DNA of 64,000 nt from positions 1,984,001 to 2,048,000 of the forward strand of contig OX597826.1 in the NCBI GenBank assembly GCA_951406725.2, written 5' to 3'. Made by a program: the position numbers and the translations under genes. This document shows positions 1 through 14,702 of the stretch, piece after piece. How positions within the stretch are numbered: the stretch's first letter is position 1; every line of letters begins with the position of its first letter. This stretch comes from Octopus vulgaris (lineage: Eukaryota). A model generated the notes under the pieces. It ran no database searches, was not told where the DNA came from, and saw only the letters and a program-made list of their open reading frames with translations.

Positions 1-285
1 AAGAACAAGAAATCCTTTAAAAATGTCGATACAACATTTCTTGATGCGGAATGATTTTTCTCATGCGAAATTTCACGATGGAAAAACAGTCTGAAGAAAA
101 TGTTAACTACAGTTTGAATTATGAAACTTCTGGAAAAGGCACGGAACAGACCGATTGAACTTATGTATTCAGAATTTATATGTGTGTTTAACAGATAATG
201 TATCATTGATGCTTGGCAATGAAATTTCGAAACAGTTTATATACACACAGACACGCACATACACATATGTATACACACACACATA

Positions 286-328
<43 letters not shown>

Positions 329-782
329 GTATGTATGTATATGTATATGCATATATATATGTATATATTTACTGTTTTGGAATGGTGTAAGGGAAACGGA
401 AACTCTGAGATTTTCAATATATTTTAAGGAAAAATCCATGAGGATTTTTTGCTGTATCATAGAAAATATCGATTCGGAATATGAATCGTGAAGCGAATAA
501 ATCTGTTTTACCTATGCTTTGCTTACTCTTACGTACAACTTGTCACATAAATATTATTGCCTTATTTTGACAAAAAAATTGTTGCCTAAAAGGGAAAAAA
601 TCAAATCACGCACGCACGCACGCACATGCACACACACGCGCATACATTCACACACATACACGAGTGTGTATGCATGTGTGTCTGTATATATATATATATG
701 TGTATATATATATGTTTGTATGTATGTCCGTTTATATATGTATATATATATATATGCATAAACACGCACAAATGTGTGTGCA

Positions 783-814
<32 letters not shown>

Positions 815-1031
815 CTTACATACACACACGTACACACACAGTCACACACACATACACATATACTTATATATAGATACATACACACACACTCATACGCACA
901 CACACACACACTCACACACACACGTACACACACACGTACGCATGCGCTCAACACATGAACAAATGAGAAACGAAGTCAGCGCGAAAAATGATAGCACGAC
1001 ATTTTATTAGAGAAAAAAATGTATTTGTTGA

Positions 1032-1309
1032 TTACGCGAATGAATGAATCCTCAAATTTTCAAATTCCACATCAGTCGAATAGGTTTTCCATCTTGCTTT
1101 TCGTTTAGCCCAGGGTCTGCGCGGAACTGGTAGATCCTTGATCAAAATCATTCCTATTGTGATCGTCCCTTCGTTTTTATTTACACTGTTATTTCTTAAA
1201 GGTACTTCCTGTTTAAAATGGAAGAATGGGGAGCTGAAAGGAGATTTGGTTGCTGTTTTTGGCAGGTCGATCGACACGAAAAGGTTCGATCCCTTGTTAG
1301 TATAATACT
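1032..1309 (-). CDS. Candidate terminal coding exon of an unrecognised host gene
   Basis: Minus strand reads CTAATattctcttctttAG (branch point, pyrimidine tract, acceptor at 1311-1310). It is followed by 2 nt and 91 open non-repetitive codons YYTNKGSNLFVSIDLPKT...LRIHSFA, then TAA. No domain recognised. Confidence 0.35.
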
Positions 1310-1494
1310 CTAAAGAAGAGAATATTAGATCTGAGTGAAATATGAACTAATTTAATATTTTGAGGTCCATATTGAGTGCTTCTTTTTCATTGTGTTGTTG
1401 TTGTTTGACTTATTGTTGATATTTTTGGGAAAGTTAATCTTGGTCATCTCGTCCATTTTTGCTTCATTCACGTTTTGGTATGAATATTAATCTT

Positions 1495-2109
1495 TTATTC
1501 TCTTATTTGTTTAATTTATTTGACTGAGGCCATGCTGGAGCACCGCTTTAGTCGAAGAAATCGACCCCAAGACTTATTCTTTGTAAGCCTAGTACCTATT
1601 CTGTCGTTCTGTTTTACCGAACCGCTAAGTTACGGGGACGTAATCACACCAAAATCAGTTGTCAAGCGATTGTAGTGGGAACAAACACACAAACGCAGAC
1701 AACATATGCTATAATCATAAACGGCACATTTTAGCCATTTCTCCGCAGACTGAAGATTGAAAAAAAACAGAATGAATTTTTGGGTTCCCATTAGAGGCGT
1801 CCACATCCTTCTGACAGTCTCTAAAGAAGCAAGCAGCCAAACTGCTTATGTACTCACAAATGCAGCAGATACTCTATGAAGGAGTCTCTAATTTGCATAC
1901 CGGAAGTGTTTAACAATATATAAATATATAAATACCAGCAGCCTGTCATAGGACGGGCTTCTTTCAGTTTCCGTCTACCAAATCCACTCACAGGTCTCGG
2001 TCGGCCCGAGGCTATAGTAGACATTCACCCAAGGTGCACGCAGTGGGACTGAACCCGGAACCATGTGGTTGGGAAGCAAGCTTTTTGCCACACAGCCACG
2101 CCTGCGTCT
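1495..2109 (-). mobile_element. tRNA-derived SINE family A (CORE-like body, CR1-type tail) with an internal insertion of about 240 bp
   Basis: Reverse complement has head GCAGGCGTGGCTGTGTGG...GGGTTCAGTCCC (A/B boxes) and tail GCGGTGCTCCAGCATGGCCTCAGTCAAAT. Homologous to 12979-13585. Confidence 0.85.
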
Positions 2110-2349
2110 ATTTTTGAATCTATTGTTTCTATCATTAGGTTTGCCAAATTATTTGCAAAGTTTATTTTGCGGAACCTTAATAGTTGGGCATACATAGATG
2201 CCACCCTATTCCATGCTACCAATATCGTTCATGTATGTATGTATGTATGTATGTATGTATGTATGTATGTATGTATGTATGCATGTATGTATGTATGTAT
2301 GTATGCATGTATGTATGTATGTATGTATGTATGTACGTACATATATATA

Positions 2350-2385
<36 letters not shown>

Positions 2386-2430
2386 TGTATGTATGTATGT
2401 ATGTATGTAGGTAGGTAGGTATGTAGGTGA

Positions 2431-2745
2431 AGGCGCGTGGCTTAGTGGGTAGGGCGTTCGGCTCACGATCACAAGGTCATGATTTCGATTCCCGGCGACT
2501 CGTGTCCTTAAGCAAGAGACTTTCGCGTTGCTCCTGTCCAATCGGATGACAAAACTGAGTTGTACCAGTACATCAAAGAGCCCAGCTTGTCCTATTCTGT
2601 ACCACACTCAATCTTCCTGAGAACTACGTTAAGGGTCTGGGTGTCTGTGGAGTGCTCAGCTACTTGCACGTTAATTTCACGAGCAGGCTGTTCAGTTGAT
2701 CGGATCAACTGCAATCCTCGTCGTTGCAACCGACGGTGTGCCAGT
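2431..2745 (+). mobile_element. tRNA-derived SINE, family C
   Basis: GGCGCGTGGCTTAGTGG A box and TTCGATTCCC B box, then GTGTCCTTAAGCAAG body. Related heads at 28722 and 3745-3915 (-). Confidence 0.7.
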
Positions 2746-2766
2746 GTCGTGTATGTATGTATGTTT

Positions 2767-3076
<310 letters not shown>

Positions 3077-3084
3077 CTGTTTTA

Positions 3085-3445
3085 GTCTTTTATCTTTTGC
3101 TTGTTTCAGTTACCAGACTACGGCCAAGCTGGAGCACCGCCATGAAAAATTTTTAGTCGATTGAATCGACCCCAGTACTTATTTGAACCCCGATACTTAT
3201 TCTGTCGGTTTCTTTTGCAAAACTGCTAAGTTCCGGAAACGTAAACTCAAGCAGCTGTTGTCCAGTTGGGGACAAACAGAGATAAAAAGACACATAAGAC
3301 GGGCTTCCTTCAGTTTCCGTCTATCAAACGCACTCACAAGTCTTTGGTTCGTACAAGGCTATAGTATAAGACACTCGCTCTAAGTACCACGCAGTGGCAC
3401 TGAACCCGAAACTATGTAGTTGCGAGGCACCCGTCTTACCACTTA
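3085..3445 (-). mobile_element. SINE family A copy
   Basis: Tail rc CTGGAGCACCGCC at about 3130 and head rc GCAGTGGCACTGAACCCGAA at about 3390-3410. Confidence 0.75.
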
Positions 3446-3954
3446 ACCGAAGTAAAGTACCAGCTATGTACTGGGATCGATCTAACTTCCTCGTCCTTAA
3501 GATTGCTGTTTTTGTGCCAATCTCAAAACATTATTATTATTTGGCAAGGCTGAATGATTAAGGAACTCACTTTGCAACCATGAGATACCGAGTTTAGTCC
3601 TTCCGCGCGGCACCTTGGACAAATGCCTTCTATTATAACCCCCGAGTCGACCTGTGTCTTGTGGGTTACTTTGGTAGTTGAAAACGGTTTTGAAGCTGGC
3701 CATACATATCACGTGTTGCACATCGATGTTGACGATGCACTTTTACATTGTCCTCGCCTTCAAATGACGCCACCTGCTGGCTAGGTGAGCAGGCCAATAT
3801 TCTACCCCACCCCGATCAGAAACAGGACAGGTGCAAAGTGGAATGAGGTGTTTTGCACAAAAACATAACACGCCGCCCAATCAGGGAATCGAACCCAAGT
3901 TCTACCGATTGCGAGTGCAACAGCCTAACTACTAGATCAAGGTCATACATATAT

Positions 3955-4358
3955 ATTTCTTTATTGCCCACAGGGGGCTAAACATAGAGGGGATGAACAA
4001 GGACAGACAAAGGGATTAAGTTGATTACATCGACCCCAGTGCGTAATTGGTACTTATTTAATCGATTCCGAAAGGATGAAAGGCAAAGTCGACCTCGGAG
4101 GAATTTGAACTTAGAACGTAACGGCAGAAGAAATACCTGTTTCTTTACTACCTACAAGGGGCTAAACACAGAGAGAACAAACAAGGACAGACAAACGGAT
4201 TACGTCGATTATATCGACCCCACTGTGTAACTGGTACTTATCTAATCGACCCCGAAAGGATGAAAGGCAAAGTCGACTCGGCGGAATTTGAACTCAGAAC
4301 GTAGCGACAGACGAAACACCGCTAAGCATTTCGCCCGGCGTGCTAACGACTCTACCAG
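3955..4358 (-). mobile_element. Two tandem copies of SINE family B (Nin/Deu-domain-like) with Tx1-type tail
   Basis: rc contains TTCTGAGTTCAAATTCCGCCGAGTCGACTTTGCCTTTCATCCTTTCGGGGTCGAT and ends ...TAGCCCCCTGTGGGCAATAAAGAAATA. Confidence 0.8.
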
Positions 4359-5314
4359 ACTTTAGAAAAAAAAAAAAAAAAGAAAAGAAAAACAAAAGAA
4401 AAGAAAAGAAAAGAAAAACAAGTACGTTGGACGATTTGTTCGACTGAGCCCGTCAGGGGATGCTCCAGCATTGCCGCTGTCTAGAGGCTGAAATGACAGA
4501 AAAGGAAAAAGATAAGAAGATAAATACAAATATATAAGAATTCATAGACAGTATCATCACCATCATCATCATCATCACCACCACCACCGCCGCCGCCGCC
4601 ACTACTATCACCATCATCCCCTTTCTCCTCATCATCGTAGTCTATGTCGTCATCATCATCATCATCATCACCACCACCACTACCATCATCATCATCGTCA
4701 CCATGAGCGTGATCATCATCATCATCATCATCATGACCATCATCATCATAATCATTATCGTTACAACTATAGTCATCATTATCCTCATCTCCCATCCCCC
4801 TCCTCCTCCTCCTCCTCATCTTCATCGCAACGACCACCGTTATTATTTCTCACATTTGCAAAGCTGTTTTTAGTGGTGGTCGTGGGTTTTCGCATTTGAA
4901 AGGAGCAGTGGGAGTGGGGTTGCGGTCGAGGGGGGTGGGGTGGGGGTGACGGGGGGAAGAAAACCAAACGAAAAGAAATTAAGAAGTAACGGTCGTCCTT
5001 TTGAAATATCAAGTACTTAACAGTGATTTCTATATTAGAGATGAAAGAGACGTTACAGAAAGAGGCAGAAAAAGCAACAAAAAAAAACAACAAAAAAACA
5101 AAGCTAAGAGGAAGCGGTAAAAACAAAAAATAAATAAACGGTCACGTGGTTAAGAAAGAGGAGGACCGGTACATTTTGTCTTCTTAGCCTGCAGCGACGG
5201 TCAAAATCCACGTCTCTCTTCTGTCTGTGTGTCGATGTGTCTGTTTCTATCTCTGACACTTTTGCTATACAATCATGGATGTGCATAGACATACATACAT
5301 ACATACATACATAC

Positions 5315-5357
<43 letters not shown>

Positions 5358-6363
5358 CATATGTGTATATATATACAGTGAGAGATAGACAGACAGGCCG
5401 ACAAACAGATAGGTAGCTAGATAGGCAAATATACATGTATATATATATATATGTATATATATGCATGTATATTTGTCTGTCTATCTAGTTACCTATCTGT
5501 TTGTCTGTCTGTCTTTCGCTCTCTCTCAATATATATATATATATACACATGTAAGCAGAGATGTATATGTATGTTATACATACATACATACATACATACA
5601 TTCACACACACACACATATACATATATACATATGGATACATATACGTACATATGCATATAGAAATATACACGTATATACATATGCACTGATTAATACGTA
5701 TGCACTAAGCAGAGGTACATATGTAAATCAATAAGCAATTTCGTGGAATAATATAGATATGCGCATAGTCATATATACACACACAAGTATATATGCAATG
5801 CGTTACATAATTAATATTTTTACGTTCTTTCTGCCTCTTAACACACACACACTCGCATACACATACAGAAACCTCCTTAGAAACACACATTCACAGAAAC
5901 CGTCACATCCATAACTACACACATAAATCCATTGGAGTACAGACATATATTTGAGAGTTTTGTCATCTGTGAAAATCTTTAGTGCCCTCTTAGTCTCTAC
6001 TTAAATTTCAAATCTTCGCCACCACCTTCTTCAGAAGCAACCATCTGTGGTGGTTTCCACAGACTACATCAAGCATTTGTGTTTTTTTTTAAAAGAAAAA
6101 CAAAATGAAATTTCACTTTTATTATGAGACTGTCACTTTTATTTTAGTTTGTTCGGCCTGGAAGCGATTTGCTTCCTTAAAAGAAATCAGCTTTATGTTT
6201 ATAATATGTATGTACAGGACTATGTATACATATACATATACATATGTATATGTATATGTATGTACGTATGTATGTATATATCTGCTATATATGTATATAC
6301 ATATTTACACACACACACACATACATATATATATATATTATATTATATGAGTATACATCTATA

Positions 6364-6394
<31 letters not shown>

Positions 6395-6429
6395 CATACA
6401 ATATATATCTGTTCTCTATTATCTACCTT

Positions 6430-6466
<37 letters not shown>

Positions 6467-6477
6467 TTGAATATATA

Positions 6478-6528
<51 letters not shown>

Positions 6529-6944
6529 GAATATGTATGAATATAGATACATATATACACATACATATATATGAATGAATGTGTATGAATATATATATCC
6601 ATATATATATATATATATATTTACATCACATATCTAACAATACATATATACACACCCCAATTATACATTTGTATATGCGTGCACATTCCAACGTAGTCTT
6701 AACTGAAATAGAAAGCTGATCGCATTAAATAACTGCTTAATACTTCATACGAGGTGAAGTCAAATAATACATTCGTATAATGTATCTCCCTTCTATACAA
6801 AAACGGTTCCTGTTCCCCGAGATGTTGTTAGAAGACATCTCGTTGGAGAAAATCTGTGTGTACATCGGAGTGGAGGCTCACTCCATAAATATATGAAACC
6901 CAACCGCCATATTTATATTCCTCCAATTGCTTTTGTCATTCTCG

Positions 6945-7250
6945 AATAAGGGCTAAGTAGTGAAACAGTTTGAGTTTCAGGTGTCCACAACTATTCAACA
7001 TTCTGGCAAACAACCTCAGAGATTCCCGACGTGTCGATGTAGAGGTCTTCAAAGAGCGTCTGGACAAATTTTTATCTGAAATACCAGATGAGCTCACATC
7101 GCGGTAGGAGGGTCGAAGAAGAGCGGCTCCGTCCAACTCGCTACATCATCAAAAGACCGGACAGAGAAGAAACCCAAACATATTGAAAGGTGGTGCTCCA
7201 GCATGGCCCCAGACTCTGGCTGAGACCAGCAGCAGATAAAGGATAAAAGG
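6945..7250 (+). mobile_element. CR1-like LINE 3' terminal fragment
   Basis: Translates NSLSFRCPQLFNILANNLRDSRRVDVEVFKERLDKFLSEIPDE, homologous to 53820-53950. Followed by the tail GGTGGTGCTCCAGCATGGCCCCAG. Confidence 0.85.
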
Positions 7251-7932
7251 TTTGACTGCAGCCATGCTAGTGCAATGCTCTGAAGTGTTTTGTCGACCAC
7301 ATCAATTTCATGGATTTTGTCTTTTTCGTTCACACTGTCCGATTTTGTTTAAATTTTCTTCACTGCTATAGTTTTCTATGCTAATAAAAATCACATTCAT
7401 TTTTGATACAACCCAATAATAAAAATGTTACAAACCTATTCAAGTTTGAAAATTTAGCCAGTCGGAAGCTTCCATTATTGATTAACCGGAGGTCACAGTT
7501 TCCATGTGTTAGCAATAAGGAAATGAAAGCTTTGTGAAACCTTGAAAGATATTATAGTTTTGATAATTAAAAAGCGTTTAATGAAAGAAAATGAACAAAA
7601 TTACAAAACCCCATTAAAGATGAAAAGCTTTAATGAAATATAGTGAAAACATTAGATAAGCTTTGACTATGGTAAAAATATAATGAAAGGAGCTGAAATG
7701 AAAGGAAGAGAAATAGGAAACGACAGTAAAATTGTGTTATGCACTCAAATAATTTTTCAATAAGGTCACAATTTTCGTACCAACGCCGTCAGCGAACTTT
7801 CGGGAATATAAGTTGACTGTAGAATGATGAGTATCCCAGCGCCATTAGAGTCTTTGTTTGAAGTAAGCACAAGCGCTTTCTGCGTGTTGCGTGTGGGTAA
7901 CGTCTAGCGAGTTGATAGCCTCGACGCTGTTG

Positions 7933-8103
7933 TCTTCTTCTTCTTCTTCTTCTTCTTCTTCTTCTTCTTCTTCTTCTTCTTCTTCTTCTTCTTCTTCTTC
8001 TTCTTCTTCTTCTTCTTCTTCTTCTTCTTCTTCTTCTTCTTCTTCTTCTTCTTCTTCTTCTTCTTCTTCTTCTTCTCGTTCTTCTTCTCCTCCTCCTTCT
8101 TCT
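7933..8103. repeat. (TTC)n microsatellite
   Basis: Direct reading. Confidence 0.98.
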
Positions 8104-8359
8104 GGTGATCGGCCAGTTGTTCTATTTGCCGAATAACTGTGTTACGAACCAAAAGCAAACAAGACCGGTTGTTAAGTGGTGTAAACGTTAGCACGAACAG
8201 AGATATATAGATACCCGAGCCTCTGCTCTTTCTAATACACTTGCAAAAGAGGTTTGTTATACAAACTTTTTTAAGCTTTGCATTTGGAAAGCTTGAGTGG
8301 AAGCTGTAGTTGCAATCAAATATCAGAGCAATAATGAAATTTGAAGTCTCAGAAGCGTG

Positions 8360-9110
8360 TGTCTTATCAGCACTGTTGTAAGGGTGCCGTAACCTGGACA
8401 ACCCACTGCAGGCATATTCAACGTCTCGAGCGATTCCATCAGCGATGCTTGCGTAATATCTTGAAGATCTCAAGGCGATCTCATATACCTGATACGAGAG
8501 TGCAGCAACTGGCCAAAATGACCTGTATCGTGACCATGTTATGTGAAAAGAGTTGTTGTATGTTGAGTTGGAGCAAGGAAAACGTCCTCAGTGTAAACCA
8601 GGTAAGCATTTTAAAGACAATCTTAAAAGACACACTTAAAATATCAGTATCGATACTGGCAGCTCGGAAGATCTGGAATCAGATAAGGAGTTGTTGAGGA
8701 ATCTCACTGCTACAGGTGTTAAAGGATTCGAGAACAAGAGGGTTGTCTACACTGAGTTGAAACATGCTGGTAAATATATGGAAGATGCAAATCCTCCCTT
8801 GAAAAGAATCTCTTTCGTGTGACTAGTGCGAGGCAGATCTATTCAGCCACAGGTATGGTTACGGTGGCGCCCTCGTCTGCCAATGTGATCTTCAGCATAA
8901 TCTCTAGTGTACCTTGTGTAGCAGAGTTTTGGGGTTGGCCAATAGACTCAGTCGGTATTGCAAGTCTCAACATCTAGACGGTCAGACTGCTGCTGGAGTG
9001 CTGACGCGTTATCAGTGTGGCATGACTTGTAGGTCTCTCGCAGGCCTTGGTAGTCCTTTGTGAAGGCATCAGCGATGTGGAGACCAAACGCGAGATGCTT
9101 CTTAGGGTTA
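8360..9110 (+). mobile_element. Degenerate RTE (BovB-like) LINE 3' fragments
   Basis: TWTTHCRHIQRLERFHQRCLRNILKIS, LLYVELEQGKRPQ and a C-terminal QCGMTCRSLAGL motif resemble the RTE post-RT region. Stops and frameshifts present. Confidence 0.75.
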
Positions 9111-9305
9111 GATGTTTTTAGGAAGTGGTCTGATATAGTTTCTTTATATTCTCCCTTGACCATATTTTACTGTTAAGGCATTGGTCAATCCGGGGACAGA
9201 GTAGAGACCAATTGTGACATCTGTCACACGATGGTACTGAACCCCAAACCACTTTTCTACACCAATCGATCTTCTCAAAAGCACAACCATGTTTGAGCAT
9301 AAATA

Positions 9306-9347
<42 letters not shown>

Positions 9348-10320
9348 TACGCACGCGCGCACACACACATATGCATTTATGCATGCATGCATATATATGC
9401 GCTTCTTGCATACAATATGCTCTGAAATAAAATAAAGCGAATAACGAAGATAAAAAGAAGAAAAAATTTATTATTTTTTTTGTCATGGAAATTACCGATC
9501 GTCTTATTGAGTGTTTCAGATTGCTTTAATTCTGGTATTGAACGTTAATATTTGGAAAAGTTTAATATGTCAAGTTTGCTTCGCCTACAAAAATAGTTAT
9601 GACTTAAACACTTCAGTGAATCTCTTAAAAACGGAGCATAGCATCCATATCTTACATATTAAATATAAGCACATGCTACAAACCTGGCAATAGAAATGGA
9701 CCGAAGAATTTTTCTTCGATAAGCTACTTTAGCGTTGGTATGCTTGGTCAGAGTCTTAAATCTGCAAGAGAAATCTAAATCCCTTTCTTATAAACTATAA
9801 AACTTTATAGATAGATATTAGCAATGTTTTGAAATGTCAACATGCACCACTCTCTCGCTTGGAGAACAATTCAAAGAACTGCAAGAAACGCAAAAGGTTA
9901 AGCCGAATCTATTGTTCGAAAGAAGATTACATATTAATGAAGCAAAAATTCAATAAGTGTTTGTAGCTTTGGGTTTTGATGATAATAGATCTAACAGGAA
10001 AAGTCTAATGCCAGTCGAAAGCTAAAAGCTCTCCTATGGCATTGTTATCTACTCAAGTATTGCAAATCAAGCGATGTATTCATCCGGATAATCACGAAGA
10101 TTATAAATCGTAAATGTGGACATGTTATTATAGTTGTTACCACAACCACCACCATTCACCATCCACCACCACCACCACCATAGTCCCCATCACCACCACC
10201 ACTGCAACCACCGCAACCACTACTACCACCACCACCATAGTCACCATCACCACCACCACTGCAACCACCGCAACCACTACCACCACCACCATCACCACCA
10301 CCACCACCACCATAGCCCCC

Positions 10321-10389
<69 letters not shown>

Positions 10390-10488
10390 ATACTACTACT
10401 ACTACCGTTGCTGTTGTTGTTATAGTTGTTTGTGCTTTCGCTTTTATTCGTATTTCTGCTGTCACCGTTGTTATTATTACCATCAATG

Positions 10489-10567
<79 letters not shown>

Positions 10568-11233
10568 CATCATCATCATTATTATTACTGTTGTTATCGT
10601 TGTTGTTGTTGTTGTTATTATTATTATTATGTTGCTAAATGCCAGTCGTGATTTAAGTGTAGAAAGTTAATAGAAATACAAGGTTTATATAACGATACGC
10701 CTCTCCTCTTTATTAATCACAAGTGTATTCTAAAAACGACGTCGGTAGCGAAGCGACGAAACAACCAGCTTAAGATATAAATAGAGCAAAAAAAAAAGAA
10801 ATAAAATAGCAAAAAAAAACCCCAAACAAAAACAAACAAAAATACAAAGCAAAATAAAACAAAAAAAAATCTATTCCCCTGTGTCTTAATAGCTGAAGTT
10901 AAGTAAAAGAACGGATAAAAGAAAACTGGTTGTTAATATTGATTCTTTATTTAGGCACCTGGCTTAACGATTTAGAGTCATACATCCTACGAGGAAGTGA
11001 TGAGAGTGTGTGACATTGATGCCTTTCGGAAGATCATTTGTGGTCAAAGTGATAAGTATTAGCTTTGCCCTTCGGAGACGAATATAAAGCTTACGCGGAT
11101 AAAGTTTTATTGGGATCATGGATTTTTGATCTTAGGGCCTTGTCAGAATATTGTTACTATTGCTTAGGTCCCAGCACAACCCTAGGATAAAACAAAGCTT
11201 TTCAGTCACGATTCTACCATATCGCTTTCCCTT

Positions 11234-11315
<82 letters not shown>

Positions 11316-11379
11316 TAAGAATCTTGCAAACAAAATCCGAAATCGAAGTGTGTATGCGTGTATATATATATATATGTAT

Positions 11380-11549
11380 ATACCAGAGTAAGCGCATAAT
11401 TGCAAAACAAGGTGGAAAAAATAGTACTCGAATACCAGAGGTAGAGTAATATGCTTTATTATTCTATTCTAAACAAAACTGTCCGACGAATGGGAACGTG
11501 AAACTCTGAGTAACAGTTTTTCTTATATATTTGCTGCTTTTTAATAAAG

Positions 11550-11550
<1 letters not shown>
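11380..11550 (+). mobile_element. PLE pLTR-like repeat carrying an HHR; same family as 38215-38330 and 50370-50430
   Basis: TACCAGAGTAAGCGCATAA...AACAAGGTGGAAAAA is shared with 38215. Flanked by (TA)n. Confidence 0.65.
11475..11520 (+). ncRNA. Type I minimal hammerhead ribozyme, variant core CCGACGA
   Basis: AAAACTGT-CCGACGA-ATG GGAA CGT-GAA-ACTCTGAGT-A-ACAGTTTT. Stem I is 8 bp and the cleavage triplet is GUA. Confidence 0.7.
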
Positions 11551-11580
<30 letters not shown>

Positions 11581-11797
11581 AATAATAATAAATATTAGGG
11601 AATAAATCCAAACTTACAGGGAAAAATCAGATTTAGGATTGAATCCAATTTTATAGTAAAATATTATATTATATTAAATTAGAGATAAAACCACTATTAG
11701 GCAAATCATACAATGAAGAACTTAAACCAATACATAAGATTATTTAATTCATATTATTTAAATATATAACAAAATTATTAAAAAATAAAATTAATAT

Positions 11798-11865
11798 ATC
11801 ACTACGATCGTTTCATGGCTGTTAATTTCTTTAAATTTTCGAGTTACAGTCATTCATCAGGTGGT
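11798..11865 (-). ncRNA. Type I minimal HHR within an AT-rich pLTR-like repeat (about 11580-11890)
   Basis: rc: CAC-CTGATGA-ATGACTGT...ACAGCCAT-GAA-ACGATCGT-A-GTG. Palindromic stem III, GUA site. Confidence 0.75.
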
Positions 11866-11887
11866 TTAAATATTTAACTTGGCGAGG

Positions 11888-11954
<67 letters not shown>

Positions 11955-12010
11955 TCATGTAAGTAAGGTACTAATACATATATATAGTACTGTATAAGAT
12001 TTCTCTTGAA

Positions 12011-12064
<54 letters not shown>

Positions 12065-12071
12065 ATATATG

Positions 12072-12121
<50 letters not shown>

Positions 12122-12127
12122 ATATAT

Positions 12128-12553
12128 AGGTGCAGGCGTGGTTGTGAGGCGAGAAGCTTGTTTCCCTACCACATGGCTCTGGGTTCCGTTATCATTTAAT
12201 AAATAGATATAATAGAATGTTTACTGGCTGATGTTTGTCGAGTTTATATCCTGGGTAAACTGTGTGTGTGTGCGTGTGTGTGTATGTGTGTGTATACGTG
12301 TGTGCGTGTGTATTTATGTATGTATGTCTTTATGTGTGTGCGTGTTTTTGTGTCTGAGTTTGTCCTCTCTCCACCATCGCTTGAAAACAGATGTTGGTGT
12401 GCTTACGTCCTCGTAGCCTAGCGGTTCAGCAAAAGAAACAGATACAATAAGTACTAGGCTTATAAAGAATAAAGCCGGGGGTCGATTTCTTCGACTGACA
12501 TACCCGCAAGGCGGTGCTCCAGCACGGCTGCAGTCAAATGACTTAAACAAGTA
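12128..12553 (+). mobile_element. SINE family A, internally deleted, followed by an inverted head (12555-12655)
   Basis: Head GGTGCAGGCGTGGTTGTG and tail AAGGCGGTGCTCCAGCACGGCTGCAGTCAAATGAC. Confidence 0.75.
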
Positions 12554-12978
12554 GCTATTGTCGAAGACTTTTGTCCAAGGTGCTGCGGAGTGGGACTGAA
12601 CTGACGACCACATGGTTGGGAAGCTTAACTTTTTAACTACCCAGCTACCCCTGCAGCTATGCTAATTTTTAAAAAAATGGAAATGACTGGAGAACGTGAG
12701 AACTTACATAACGAAATTACATGGAAAGTTGGCGCTTCAACCGCCATGTTTATGCAGAAACACTCTCATTCTCTCAGATTAGTATTATTGTACTTTGTTT
12801 AAATACTTAATTCTCAGAAAAATCACGAGCTCTCTACATACCCCGCGTCCCCTACTTCCCTCTACACATCTGTCACTCCATTGTGAGCTCTTAGCTCTCC
12901 TTAACCCTTCACCTATCCTGTGTATCACACGTGACACGAAGGACTATTTCCCTGGCGCCCATGCATCGTATATGATAC

Positions 12979-13161
12979 ACAGGCACAAACGTGGCTGTGT
13001 AGTAAGAAGCTTCCTTCCCAACCACCGTGGATCCGGGTTCAGTCCCTCTGCGTGGCACTTTAAGCAAGTGTCTTCTGCTATAGCATCGGGCCGACCACAG
13101 CCTTGTAAATAGATTTGGTAGACGGAAACTGAGAGAAGACTGATGTATGTATATATATAAC

Positions 13162-13214
<53 letters not shown>

Positions 13215-13305
13215 GTATGTATGTATATATATGTATATATATACATATATGTATATGTATATGTATATTTATATATATATATATACATGTATATATATGT
13301 ATATA

Positions 13306-13354
<49 letters not shown>

Positions 13355-13585
13355 TGTATGTATATATTGATGTGTGTTTGTGTTTGTGTCTGTGTCTGTC
13401 CTCCCAGCATCGCTTGACAACCGATGTTAGTGTGTTTACGTCCTCGTAACATTAGTGGTTCGACAAAAGAAACCGATAGGATAAGTCCTAGGTTTACAAC
13501 GAATAACTCCTGGGATCGATTTCTTTTACTAAAAAAGGCGGTGCTCCAGCATAGCCACAGTCAAACGACTGAAACGAGTAAATGA
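12979..13585 (+). mobile_element. Near full-length SINE family A with expanded internal TA/CA microsatellite
   Basis: A box GTGGCTGTGTAGTAAG, B box GGGTTCAGTCCC, tail GGCGGTGCTCCAGCATAGCCACAGTCAAACGACTGAAAC. Confidence 0.85.
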
Positions 13586-13977
13586 AAGGCCATTTTGAAT
13601 TTTTACCATCAGCAGAGTTAGTTGGGACTTTCGAAAGGAAAGGCTCAGAATGAACGAAAGAAGAGTTATGTTGACAACATGTATAGACATTTAGGACAAA
13701 TTTATGAAAATGCTTTGCACAAGCAAATATTCAAAGAGGTACGACTGGCCATGTCACGAACTCCTGTTTTAAATGTTGGGATCTCAATGTTGGTATCTGG
13801 TTGACCTAGGTTATAACTCTGATAAACAGATGGGCCATGCGCTGTAAGAAATTGGCTGACAGACACGGACCAGGCCGGAACCTCGTTCTTGAATGTCTGT
13901 TGACGCAACGTCGTCGATTTAGTGCATATTAACGCATCACCGATGATAGCATGCCGAGCTCACTGCGTAGCGGGTGC

Positions 13978-14003
13978 TAATAATAATAATAATAATAATA
14001 ATG

Positions 14004-14034
<31 letters not shown>

Positions 14035-14075
14035 TAATAATAATAATGATAATAATAATGATAATAATAATAATG

Positions 14076-14129
<54 letters not shown>

Positions 14130-14195
14130 GTAATAATAATAATAATAATAATGATAATAATAATAATGATAATAATAATGATAATAATAATAATG

Positions 14196-14252
<57 letters not shown>

Positions 14253-14378
14253 GTAATAATAATAATAATAATAATGATAATAATAATAATGATAATAATA
14301 ATAATAATAATGGTAATAATAATAATAATAATAATGATAATAATAATAATGAAAATAATAATAATAATAATAATAATG

Positions 14379-14409
<31 letters not shown>

Positions 14410-14435
14410 TAATAATAATAATAATAATGATAATA

Positions 14436-14467
<32 letters not shown>

Positions 14468-14534
14468 GGTAATAATAATAATAATAATAATGATAATAAT
14501 AATAATGATAATAATAATAATAATAATAATAATG

Positions 14535-14567
<33 letters not shown>

Positions 14568-14702
14568 GTAATAATAATAATAATAATAATGATAATAATA
14601 ATAATGATAATAATAATGATAATAATAATAATAATGGTAATAATAATAATAATAATAATGATAATAATAATAATGATAATAATAATGATAATAATAATAA
14701 TG

